This document shows positions 52,809-63,784 of a DNA stretch of 64,000 nucleotides, in pieces. Position 1 is the first letter of the stretch. The number at the start of each line of letters is the position of its first letter. Under the pieces are notes generated by a model. That model made no database searches and had not been told where the DNA came from. It saw nothing but the letters and a program-made list of their open reading frames with translations. A program made the position numbers and the translations under genes. Origin of the DNA: Bispira polyomma (lineage: Eukaryota); the NCBI GenBank assembly GCA_965649765.1, contig OZ287750.1, positions 31,682,001 to 31,746,000 of the forward strand. The letters are read 5' to 3'.

Positions 52809-55238
52809 CTATATAAGTGAGTTAACTTTTAATAAACTGCGGCAAGCAGGCAGCCACTGGACAGGCCCAGCTAACCTAAATAACGACAAATGGTCGGCTT
52901 CAGTTTCCTTCCATCTTGACAGCAAATCTGCAATTTTATTTTCTTTACCCAAAATATGTATGACAACAATATCAATACTAAACTTGCTAGCTAACATGTA
53001 TATGTTCCTAGAATACGTGGCTAATTCGGGATCTCTGGTGCGCCCTGTCCGTAAGACACTTACAACTGCCTGATTATCACACCTGACCAATATTCTACGA
53101 CCTTTCCATTTATGAACCCACAATTTTAGAGCTACCAAGATGTTAAGCATCTCCAAAGAAGCAATATTGACCTCAGTCATTTCTGGAGGAATGTTAATTT
53201 GGTACACTTGTTTCTCAAAAATACCCCCCATTCCAGTAAGGCAGGCATCCAATTCAATCTCACCAGTTATGGGCTTAGGCATGAAAAAAGAGACTCCATT
53301 GAAGTGTTCTGCAAAAGTAGTAAACCAATTCAAGTCACGCCTGAATTCAGGGGTGATGGCGATATACTTTCTGGTGTAATTATCTCGTAACAGCTCCAGC
53401 ATCCTATTCAAAAAGACCCGAGCATACTTTACACATTTAGAGATATATAATAACAAGCCAAGTAAAGACTGAAGCTCTCTCTTAGTGCAGAATTTTTTGG
53501 ATTTCCATTCGTGACACTTATCTTTAATTTGACTTAATTTCTCACCCGGGATGGAAGTAGTACCTCGAATGGTATCCACTACTATGCCCAGGCAGACGAC
53601 CTGCGTGCTGGGAGGAACCAATTTTTTCTGACTTACTGTCAACCCCAGCTCTTGTAGCAGTTCTTGCAATCTGAGGAAAGTTTTTTGAATTTTGCTGGGA
53701 ACAGAAATAGCCAAGAAATCGTCGATGTAGTTGTGGACATTATGATTTTCAGAGTGCATTATGAATCGCACGGCATCCGAAATTCTCTGAAAAATCGTGC
53801 TACCATTACGATATCCGAACGGCAGAGATCTGTCCACATAATAGGACTTCCACTTTAGACCTAGTAGGTCAACGTCGCCAGGGTCAATGGGTACGTGGCG
53901 GAACGCCCTACTTATATCGACCTTGAATATCTCACATCCTCTCCCCAATTTTACCACCTCACTAGTGAGATTATCAATGGACGGATAAGACAGTAGAAAT
54001 TCAACGCCCAAGTAAGAGGAAGGAGAAGCTCCCGCATTAACCGACCCCCCTTGAGGCCAACTCAAGTCTACAATTACTCTCCGGTTAATTGAGTTCGGTT
54101 TGTGTCTCGTCATAAGGGGAGAACAGTGCAGGCCCGGAAGAGGAGGTTTGTCAAATGGCCCTAACATAGCGCCGAACTCACATTCTTCTTTCATATAAGC
54201 CTCTACATGCTGTGGATATTCCTCAGCCGACTTATGGCTACTCTCACTGGATTCCAATTTTACTGAATGATCGACGTCCAGGGGAAATCCATATTTTATA
54301 AGGAGAGGCAATTGCCAATCCCAGTAATTTTTGAGGTATTTTTTCCAACTCTCGGGTCTTAATTGAGAGGGAACAGGGATTTGCAACCCTTCATAATTAT
54401 GCCTGCCATCAGCCCGAATTAAGTCATGCATTTGCAAAATGGAAAGTTCAGGCCCTCCCTCACCCTGATCTGCCATCTCACAGCCCAGAGCAGAGAGAGG
54501 AGTGAATCCATATGCATGTTGGGTTTGAGCTTGCCATTTTCTGTAAGTAGGATTTGAGGCAGCCTTAGCTAACATGCCTTTCTTATTTACTTTCTGTTTC
54601 AAGGCACAAGAGTACTTATCGGGACATTCGAGACTTTCCGGGCTATCTTCGGAAGCAGTTTTACTCCTGCCCTCGCCTCGGTCAACGGGCTTGTCACTAG
54701 GGCCAGAAAGGAATCGAACGGGCTCGTCCACATTTTCACCGTCATCGACCGGCAGCGACACTAAAGCTGTATACCTGTTAGCAAGAGGGAGGACAGCCAC
54801 ACCTCCATTGACCCGCCTCTCTTCGCCCCCATTCAACCTCGAGCACTTGACCTCCTTTGTTATCACCTTGCCTTGTTTCGCACCCCGGCCTGGCTTCACA
54901 ATGGAAGTCCATTGTCCCACAGAGGTACCAAGAGGCCTCAACAATGTGTCACTTTTGCCACGTAATATGTCTACCTTACTCTTGTCAACCCTTGCCTGTT
55001 TTACCGGCACCTCAGTAACACTTCTATTTACACACCCATACTTTTGAACTGGGCCATTCTTTTGCAACGCCTGGCTATAACTCAAGCCTGGCCTAGTGCC
55101 CTTCACATATTTACACGTTTTTCGCCACACAGACCTCTCAAATAATTGTGCACTCTTAAATTCAGTATTATAAACAAACCTACATTTGTGCTTCCCACTT
55201 TTAGCCACTGCATTAACGCAGTGGCCCCTCAGTTTTTT
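52809..55238 (-). CDS. pol: RT-RNaseH (pol) of element A; in the -1 frame relative to gag, probably reached by frameshift
   Basis: RVIVDLSWPQGGSVN, KVDISRAFRHVP, LPFG, NYIDDF; RNaseH ELDACLTG, LEMLN, CDNQAVV, NKIADLLSR. The frame is open from the slippery heptamer at 55238-55232. Confidence 0.93.
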   Translation of the reverse strand, partial: KKLRGHCVNAVAKSGKHKCRFVYNTEFKSAQLFERSVWRKTCKYVKGTRPGLSYSQALQKNGPVQKYGCVNRSVTEVPVKQARVDKSKVDILRGKSDTLLRPLGTSVGQWTSIVKPGRGAKQGKVITKEVKCSRLNGGEERRVNGGVAVLPLANRYTALVSLPVDDGENVDEPVRFLSGPSDKPVDRGEGRSKTASEDSPESLECPDKYSCALKQKVNKKGMLAKAASNPTYRKWQAQTQHAYGFTPLSALGCEMADQGEGGPELSILQMHDLIRADGRHNYEGLQIPVPSQLRPESWKKYLKNYWDWQLPLLIKYGFPLDVDHSVKLESSESSHKSAEEYPQHVEAYMKEECEFGAMLGPFDKPPLPGLHCSPLMTRHKPNSINRRVIVDLSWPQGGSVNAGASPSSYLGVEFLLSYPSIDNLTSEVVKLGRGCEIFKVDISRAFRHVPIDPGDVDLLGLKWKSYYVDRSLPFGYRNGSTIFQRISDAVRFIMHSENHNVHNYIDDFLAISVPSKIQKTFLRLQELLQELGLTVSQKKLVPPSTQVVCLGIVVDTIRGTTSIPGEKLSQIKDKCHEWKSKKFCTKRELQSLLGLLLYISKCVKYARVFLNRMLELLRDNYTRKYIAITPEFRRDLNWFTTFAEHFNGVSFFMPKPITGEIELDACLTGMGGIFEKQVYQINIPPEMTEVNIASLEMLNILVALKLWVHKWKGRRILVRCDNQAVVSVLRTGRTRDPELATYSRNIYMLASKFSIDIVVIHILGKENKIADLLSRWKETEADHLSLFRLAGPVQWLPACRSLLKVNSLI

Positions 55239-56296
55239 GCCCCTTTCTTATGACATTCACTAGTCTGGTGGCTACCCTCACATGTCTCGCAATGATGTTT
55301 ATATAACTGACCTCCAGTATTGTGAGAGCTGGGAAATCGACAATTTCCTTCCTGATAAAAGCGACAAGACATTGCACCCTTACGACGTACAGACCTACTG
55401 CTACTCGAGTTACTTGGCCGTCCATTCGCCCCAGAGGAATTTCTACTGTTCGACACATGGCGCTGAGCATGGGCTCTTCGGATTCGATCCATCTTATCTA
55501 CCTCTAGCCACCCCAACTTATCCATCTCCATACTTGTCAATACGACTGCATGGCAGGCCTTAGCTGACTCCCAAGAAAAATCCTGGGCATCCTCCATAAG
55601 ACCCCCCATGTAATCCAGCATGGCATTCTTCACTTCGATCGACTTCTCCTCGTGGGCAATCCGAGCGAAACCACACACCCATTGCAACACGGTTAACTCA
55701 TCGTAGCTAGGCCGAGACTTAGAACTACCCGTGAGCACATAGTTTTGAGGCCAGGCGGTGACCTTTCTTACCAACACCTCATTCGCCCCACTACGCTGGG
55801 ACTTCAGTTTACCTTGCGAGGTGGTCTCATTCAACGTCTTGAGATCTTTCAATCTCTGCTCCACTTGGAGCTGTATTAGGGCATTCTGGTTTAAAAAATC
55901 TATGCCAGGAATTATACTGTCGGACGTAGCGATAGATGGGCTCTTACCTACGCCAGCAGAGCAACTAGCAGGCCTGTCAACACTAGAACTGATCAAACTA
56001 CTACTTGCCTGAACGGGGACCTGATGACTGGGCTGACTACTGGTGAGGTTCGTCGCCAATGCGGCCTCATTCCTCTGAACCCGCTGGTCCATTTTTACCA
56101 TTAACTCGTTCATCGAGTGCAGTTGGAGTAATATCGCGTTCGTAACTGCATCGCCAGACTCACCGTTTGCGGGTTCAGTGTCAGAGGCAGCATCGATCTC
56201 CTCCCCAGAGGCAGAGTCAACGGTTGCAATAACGCAATTTCGCCCTACAGGACGCTCATGTTTGGTTAAACAGCGACTACACTCATAGACAAGCAT
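55229..56296 (-). CDS. gag: Gag-like protein of element A (355 aa)
   Basis: N-terminal CxxC...H...C, WPQNYV/YDELTVLQWVCGF core, and C-terminal CRFYQEGNC...H...HCETCEGSH zinc fingers; homologous to B and C gag. Confidence 0.85.
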   Translation of the reverse strand: MLVYECSRCLTKHERPVGRNCVIATVDSASGEEIDAASDTEPANGESGDAVTNAILLQLHSMNELMVKMDQRVQRNEAALATNLTSSQPSHQVPVQASSSLISSSVDRPASCSAGVGKSPSIATSDSIIPGIDFLNQNALIQLQVEQRLKDLKTLNETTSQGKLKSQRSGANEVLVRKVTAWPQNYVLTGSSKSRPSYDELTVLQWVCGFARIAHEEKSIEVKNAMLDYMGGLMEDAQDFSWESAKACHAVVLTSMEMDKLGWLEVDKMDRIRRAHAQRHVSNSRNSSGANGRPSNSSSSRSVRRKGAMSCRFYQEGNCRFPSSHNTGGQLYKHHCETCEGSHQTSECHKKGAKN

Positions 56297-56434
56297 AACT
56301 AAAAGGTGTTTCCACTAAAATACTGTAAAATATAAAACATATACACCACCAACAAAATGGCACCCAAACAAAATTTTAAACTAGTTGTTGCTCTGCTGAC
56401 GAACGATAAAGGCGGGAGATTTTGAAAAGGAGAG

Positions 56435-56444
56435 CCTTATATAG
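56435..56444 (-). promoter_or_regulatory. TATA box of element A (equivalents at 62791-62800 in B and 43011-43020 in C)
   Basis: TATATAAGG / TATAAAAGG at the same relative position upstream of gag in all three copies. Confidence 0.6.
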
Positions 56445-56589
56445 TCGTACACCATCCCACAATAGTAGACCAGGCTGGTACCCCAGAACTGAGGCCACGA
56501 ACGCTGAGAGCGTTCGCTTACAGTTTTAACTATTATCTAATTTAGAAAGTTACGGAGTAAATAGTACATTCTACATTTTTACTGCATTG

Positions 56590-57000
56590 TGTCAAGAACC
56601 AAATTAAAATTGCAGATATTTAATTTAAAAAAATGTCATGAACCAAATTAAAATTGCAGATATTTAATTAAAAAAAAATGTGACTGTAGGTAATATATTC
56701 TACATTTTAACGTCAGTTTTTAGAGAACCTTGTTGCAAATATTTAATTAATGAAACCATTCAGTCAAGTCACAGATATGTTACAGTATGCTACAGCAATG
56801 ATAGTCTATATATTACTTCATTAGTGTGTTCTTAATATAAGCTGTAGGTAATATAATCTACATTTTACTTCAGTTTTTAAAGAACCCAAAACACAATTGC
56901 AAATGTTTAATTGAGGAAGTTATTCAGACCAGTCACAGATATGCTACAGTCTGCTACAGCAATGATAATCTAAATATTACTTTATTAGTATGTTCTTGTA
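56590..57000. repeat. Local tandem duplications (~45-bp and ~160-bp units)
   Basis: GAACCAAATTAAAATTGCAGATATTTAATT twice; GTCACAGATATG.TACAGT.TGCTACAGCAATGATA twice. Confidence 0.75.
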
Positions 57001-57053
57001 TTTACTTAGCCAATTAACTTATAGTGGTTTGTCCATACCTCTGTTTGTGCCAA

Positions 57054-57272
57054 CTAATGTTTTAGACTTTCTCGAAGGTTGGTTAGGATTTCGCCCAGCA
57101 CATTGTCGCCCCTCCACTTGCTCTGATCAAGAATGTTTGCATCTGATAATGCAACACCACACGAGAAAAAACGATCTTGCTTGTTGGCCTCCACTATTGT
57201 TCCCACACTTTTTAGCAGCTTCTGTTGTAATTTTTTATTCTGAGTAAATTTTGGTAGACACTCTTTCTCCAT
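57054..57272 (-). pseudogene. C-terminal half of a NADAR (YbiA-like) domain
   Basis: KFTQNKKLQQKLL...IVEANKQDRFFSCG...KWRGDNVLGEILTNLRESL matches the NADAR pattern KFxQN..L...LL...LVEA...D..WG.G...W.G.N.LG..L..VR..L. Confidence 0.75.
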
Positions 57273-57399
57273 GGCACTTCTTTCAATGTTAATGTATTAG
57301 ATATTTTTCTTTGTAATTCTTAAAAAATGCTTATCTGTTCATGCTATTGTTTACACGGTAATTGGGTGATCTCTTATTCCTCTTATATCAGAAATATGT

Positions 57400-57647
57400 T
57401 AAAACTGTGTCATTTATTTAATAATATATCGACTTATTACCTTGATTTATCAAATGAGTAAATCAATGTATTGAAATGTTGTCTCTATTTATTAACTTAG
57501 GTCATATATTGAGATACTAAGTCAATATTTACGTATACTAAGCCAATTAGGTGATATAAAGTCGATTACTGAAGATAGTAAGTTGCTTACAGAATATAGT
57601 ATCTCAACAAATAGAAACAAATTAAGTGGCCCTAATACTCTTCCATA
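57400..57647. mobile_element. Right-end fragment of an IS3EU-like MITE
   Basis: Short AAGTC(A/G)AT repeats ending in AAGTGGCCCTAATACTCTTCCATA, similar to the right end of the 12984-13635 MITE. Confidence 0.55.
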
Positions 57648-57743
57648 CACATCAAACTGTATCGTAAATTCAATATCATTGACATGGTGACCCCAATACT
57701 TATAAATATTTAAAATTCAACTACGTTAATATTTATAACTATG

Positions 57744-60700
57744 TTCATTTCCCCGGTAACAGGCTAGTGATCCGAGGTCAGGAAGACAAGGTAAGTAGAC
57801 ACAGAATGCGGTTAAATTTATTTATTAGACTAAATGTTAGCAGCTACTATGTACATGGTGAGTCAAAGTCACCTTAAAATTTACTCAACAATGAAGGCAA
57901 CTTAAGGTCATCTTACATGCAAAATGAAATTTAGGAGAATAAATAAATTTGAGTAAGGTCACCTTACCTTATAATTTGTATGTTCATATTTGCTAGCCCA
58001 GAACGAATTGTTCCGGAGTAAGGTGACCTTAATTCCAAAGTAGAGTTTAGAGAGAAATAATTAGAAGTTAAGGTTACTTGAAAGAACCAGCTACTGTACT
58101 GTAGCATAAGTTGAGAATTAAGTATTCGAATTGATTACAACTGATATGAGTTGGGATTACTTCAACCACAGGCTACTGTACTGTAGTGCTGAAATGCGTG
58201 ACAGCCATTAGTTTCAGTCTAAAGTTACACCCCGTGAGACATGCAATTACATAGTACGTTTAACATTAACTGAAGAACTTACAAGTTACTTTGAATAGTG
58301 TAATTACATAATACTGTTGGGGTTAAAAGAGCAACTTAACTGCAATAGCAGTGGCAGTATATGCCAGGGATAAATAACGTTAAACTTATAACCAGCCAAA
58401 CCCCAATGGTAGGAATTAGGAAGTAGGTGATGAGGATAGGTGTTGCCTAAAGGAATCAGCAACCTGTTGTGCCCCATCAATAGTATCGGTGACATACCTC
58501 CAGATGCAGTCCGATGTCCAGGTGCCATGGTGTTGTATGTTTTGAATGCTTACATTATGATTAAAAGCAAAGATGGCACCGAAGGTGTGGAAGGTAAGTC
58601 CAGCACCTTGTAAGTAGAGTCTAGATAAAATGTCTCTCAAATGACGACGCACTCGAGTGTCAGTGAGTGGTTGCCAGTGATTATTACTTTTGAACTGAAA
58701 TAGAGGCGAATTTAACTCAGAAGGGGTAATTTTTATAATGTCCTCCAGTGCCCTGACTGGGCATAACATTGAGCTCGAAATTCGAGGAATGGAAATCAAT
58801 TTAATTTGGTTGTTGGTCTGCATGGTTTTGGACCATTTAACAAGTATAACAGCTTTCTCAGGCTGGAAAAATACATCAGAACTGGATAGATGCTGAAGGG
58901 GAGAGAATTGAGAAGCTGCATGGGGAACAAGATTCGACAAACGAAGAAATGAAAAGAAGCTAGTTAAATACAGAGCTTTAAACACGAGTCCCATGTATGT
59001 AGAATGACACATGGAAACAATGTTCTTGAGAGTATCAATGTCGAAAATCTTTTTAAGTTTTACATTGAGGGGTGCAGTTAATTTAACAGCTTTTTGGTAG
59101 TAAGCTATACGAGGGTCACTGAAGGCATTTATATCAATGTCATGTATTATGGACTGAGCCCTGATTGCAGACAAATAATTTGCCATATGGGGAGGTTTTA
59201 CTGAATTTAAATGTAACATTTCCAAGAAACATAATAAATAGAGCGCATTCACCTGATATGGAGGCCAATACATAAATACTGTAAAAGCCAGGTACACACG
59301 GTACATGGCCTTGTAGGATCTTGCAGTAGATCTACAGAAGGCCAAGTGAAGCTTATTGGTGGCATTACGATACAGTTGGTTTTGCAAGGGAGTCTTCTCT
59401 GAAATACAGGAAAATGACAGGAAGACTGATGCAAAGACGTTTATATAGCATTGTTTAGTATTAGATGTTCATGAGAAACTGGACACCACTGAGCTGCACC
59501 TACAAATTTCTGCAACTGAACACAATCCTGGGGCGAACCCTTCCACCTGGAGAGCAAAATCGGCAGTTGTATTGTGTTCGCCTAGGATGTGGATAACCTG
59601 TAATTCGACATCATACTGACTAGCTAACATGAATATGTTTCTTGAAAACAAAGCCAAAGTACTGTCTCTAGTTCTACCATGTGTAAGCACACTCACCACA
59701 GCTTGGTTGTCACATCTGATAAGAACCTTCTGAGCATGCCACAAAGGACCCCACAACTTTAAGGCTACAAATATGTTGAGTATTTCTAATGAAGCAATAT
59801 TCAAAGTTTGTAGTTCGACAGGAGTGTTTAGTGCATATACTTTTTGGCCAAACCCCCTCCCCTTCCCCTGCCTGTGAGGCACGCATCTAGCTCAACTGTT
59901 GCAGTTACGGGGTTATGGTGGAAAAAGGAGACACCATTAAATTTTTTGAGAAAGGTACGGAACCAGTTTAAGTCCTTCAGAATTCTGGGCTTACTTCAAA
60001 GGTTTTTGCTATGTAATTGCTTCTAAGCAAATGCAACATACGATTCAAAAAAAATCTTGAGTACACATTTTGAAAACGTATAGCAGGGAGCCGAGTAGAC
60101 ACTGGAGTTCCCTTCTAGTACAGTATCTTTTACCTGACCACTTATCACACATGTTCTGAATACTAGACAATTTGTCCTCTGGAATTGAGGTAGTAAAATC
60201 AACCGTATTTATAACAATACTCAGACATGTAACTTTAGTGTTAGGAGGGACTAGCTTTTTGTCACTCAGGGTCAAACCCAGCTCGGCCAATAAGTCTATG
60301 AGTCGCTGGTAAGTGCCATAGATTTTGGAGGGTATCGAGCAACAAAGGAGATCGTCGATATAGTTGACGATATGGTGACCTTCACCTTTCATTATATATC
60401 TGATACCATCTGACATTCTCTGAAATATGGCCGAGCCGTGCTTGTAGCCAAAAGGCAGCAAACCGTCCATGTAGTACCCCTCCCAGTACAGGCCTAATAG
60501 ATTTAGTTCTTTCGGGTCTATAGGCACGTGCCTAAAGGCATGGCTGATGTCTGCTTTAAAGATTAAAGAGCCTCTACCTATAGCAAGTACCTGAGAAGTT
60601 ATCGTGTCAATGGAAGGGTAGGTTAACATGAACTGTCTGCCCAAGTATGACTCAGGACACACGGCAGTATTTGCTGAGTGACCTTCAGGCCAACTCAAGT

Positions 60701-62884
60701 CGATTATGACACGACGGTTGGTAGAACTCGATTTGTCGCGTGTCAAGAACGGTGAAGTGTGTAATTGAGGAATTGGTGGCATATCAAAGGGACCATACAT
60801 TGCCCCAAAATCACATTCTTCTTTTAAATAATGTTTGACGTGTTCCGGGTACTGATCAGCAGAAGCGTGATTCTTGAGCTCAGACTTAAACTCATGTTGG
60901 TCCACATAATCGAGGGAAAAACCAAATTTAATAAGCAATGGGAGTCCCCAATCCCAGTAGCCTCTCAAGTAATTAGACCAAACTGTGGCATTTAGCTGAG
61001 AAGCAACTGGGATCTGGAGACCTTTGTAGTTTGGACGCCCGTCCTGCTTAATACGCTGGTGGAGCTTTAAATCATTGACAGGACGCTGATTTTCAGAATT
61101 GTCACATATTTTATGACCCCAAGATGAAAGGCGGATGAAGCCAAACTTGCCACCACTCTGGACATCCCATAATTTGAAGGTGTCACAATCTTTTGCATTA
61201 TTTAACCTTTTCCTTTTATCAGTAGCCCGGCACATGTCTAACGCATACTTGTCATCTGACAAGTCAGTTTTGACATCGACCTTTTCATCAGTCAACGAGG
61301 ACACCACGTCATTGTTTTTGTTCACAGGCGAATTGGTCACACAAAGGAGGGGCTCAACACAATCACCCAATTTGGCACCTTTTTCCAAACAATGGGTGTC
61401 AAGCACCCCAAACCTATTAGAAAGTGTTATGCAAAATTCATTGTTGGCACCCTCCGTGTCGCCCCCCTTTCTTTTGGACAATGTCCTTTTCTTGTTTTGT
61501 ATGGCAATTAAGCTCTTTGGACACTATTAGTGAATTACTTTTGACACCCCTTTTGTCTTGAGGCTTTACAACAGGGCAATGGCCTTCTGGCCAACTGGCT
61601 CGATTTGTCTCACACACAGTTTTATGAACACCTTTATTGATATGCTTTCCCAACAACTCACCCGTTTTGTTTACATTATGGACTTTGCACAAATTCTTTC
61701 TGGGGGACCCCGTCCCCAATTTCGCCCACATCAGAATGTTTGAAGAGTTGACCCGAGGTTCTATGAGTAGCATTGAACCTACAGGTCCCCTCCTGGAAAA
61801 ATCTACAAATCACGCCCTGACTCTTGCTGGCCAACTTTGTTTTATTACCAACGGATTTGGTACCCGCACCACTATTGGAACTGTTCGATATGTGACGTTG
61901 GGCATAGGCCCGACGGATTCGATCGACCTTGTCCATGTCGGTCCACTTAAGGCGGTCCAATTCCATGTTGGTTAAAAGGATGGCATGGGAGGCTTTAGCA
62001 GCTTCCCACCAAAAGTCATGTGCGTCATCCATAAGATTGGCAAAATATTCCAACATTGCTTCCTTAATTACTGGGGATTTTTGTTCTTGCACACACCTTA
62101 TGAATCCCGAAGTAAACTGAACCAAGGTTAAATCGTCGTAGGTGGGCCTAACCTTTTTGGCCCCCGAGAGCACGAAATTTTGTGGCCAATCGACTGCCCT
62201 CTTGATAGGAGCATCCGTACCCCCACGTTGGGGCTTAAGTTTACCTGCTCCAGTCAGTTGATTGAGCTGCTGGAGCTGGAGTAGCCGTTGGTCTACTTGG
62301 TTTTGTAAATTTTCGTTTGACCGCAGAAATTCTAGAGACGGAACTATTGTTTCCACCACTGGTTCAATTATACTTGGGGTAACAACATTGGGGACTACAT
62401 TAGCACTGGTAGTAGGTAAGATACTAGCCTTATTGGCGATGGGTGTGCACAGCGCCGCCTCCGTCACCTTAACGCGTTGATCCATGCCGTCCATTTTACT
62501 ATTGAGGGACTGTAATTGTTGTAAAATGAGCTCAGACACTGAATCCGACGGACCAGCACTGGATTCAACCGTAGGTACATCCTCGGCGACGCTGGCATCA
62601 ATAAATCTACATTTTTTGCCCATAGGGCGTTCGTGTCTTCCCATACATGTATTACACTGGTACTCTCGCTTTGGAGCCATGACAAATTTTAAAAGCTTTA
62701 AAACATTAAAAGGGTAGTAACGCCCAATTGTAAAAGCACTGTCCCTTTGACCAGTTAAAGTTTTAATGATGGCGCTGACTGGCCCCAAACCCTTATATAT
62801 GTGCCCTCGTGACCCCAGGTGGCCTAATTGGCCCCCAGTACTCTGGTAGCAGAACTGAGGGGGCTGACACCGAGGTGTCAGCCC
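57744..62884 (-). mobile_element. Ngaro-like YR retrotransposon copy B, defective
   Basis: gag from ATG 62680 with the gag-pol junction deleted near 61733; RT 61481-60045 (NYIDDL) with frameshifts in the RNaseH part; YR 59398-58416 lacks the Arg of HxxR (FHTFGA). Confidence 0.92.
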
Positions 62885-63784
62885 ACCAAAATTTCAACTA
62901 TCCCAATAATATATACTTAAATAAGTATGAGTATTACTCCCTGAACAATGTTTTTCAGTGCTATAGTAAAATACTATGTTGATTGATATGAACAAGGAAA
63001 CTATGATATATCGTAACAAATATGCACCTTTAACCAGGTGGTATGTTACATCCACAATATCATACCATTTGTTTGTGAGAAAGAAAAAAATGTACAGACA
63101 GCATTTCTTGAATATTTTATTTAACGTCAAACATGTAGTTAAAATCAACTCAAAAAATCAATCAAGCAATACATTATATTAGTAGTTTTTGCATTATCAA
63201 CATTGGGACAAAATTGCACCATACAAAAATAAACATGAGTTTCTCCATTTGAGTCTAAAACCTTTTGTGTATACTACACTAAATTGTAAGTAAAGTTCAT
63301 TATTTACAATATATTTTATAATATGTCATGTCAGTATATATCTCCATTACAATATCAAGGTTATATCCGAATTTGTTTAAAACATTAGACAGTTGAGAGA
63401 ATATATTATTGTAAAGTCAATGATCTTAGTACACATGGTTGTTGGTGCTGCTGGAATGATTTGAGATTGGGTTTTTTTACTTGCAAGCACACCTTGGAGG
63501 ATCTCCAGACGGGCATTCTGGAGTTCCTCTTGCACAATAGCACTGGTTGTCGGTGTCCCCTAGATTTCTGTCGCATCTGCCATTTTTCTGTCAACACAAT
63601 ATGTAGCAAACAGTATAGCACAATACATCAGAACGATATTCCTTACAAAGGTTCTTGCACACATGTTTTATTATTTTTAATTCTGTACTCCAGTTTAATG
63701 TAATCACAGTTTTTGCCAATAGCTTAGCCATTATTGTTATACATCTTTAACATAGTTTCTCAGGCTTAATCTAATCTAGTCGTA

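Larger units (their letters stand above)
51327..56516 (-). mobile_element. Ngaro-like tyrosine-recombinase retrotransposon copy A, coding-intact
   Basis: Co-oriented gag, RT-RNaseH and YR ORFs with no methyltransferase domain. Boundaries are inferred from motifs shared with copy B. Confidence 0.92.

Noticed and set aside
63406-63703. Short ORFs near the window end
   Set aside because: No recognisable motifs, and in-frame stops in the most protein-like frame.
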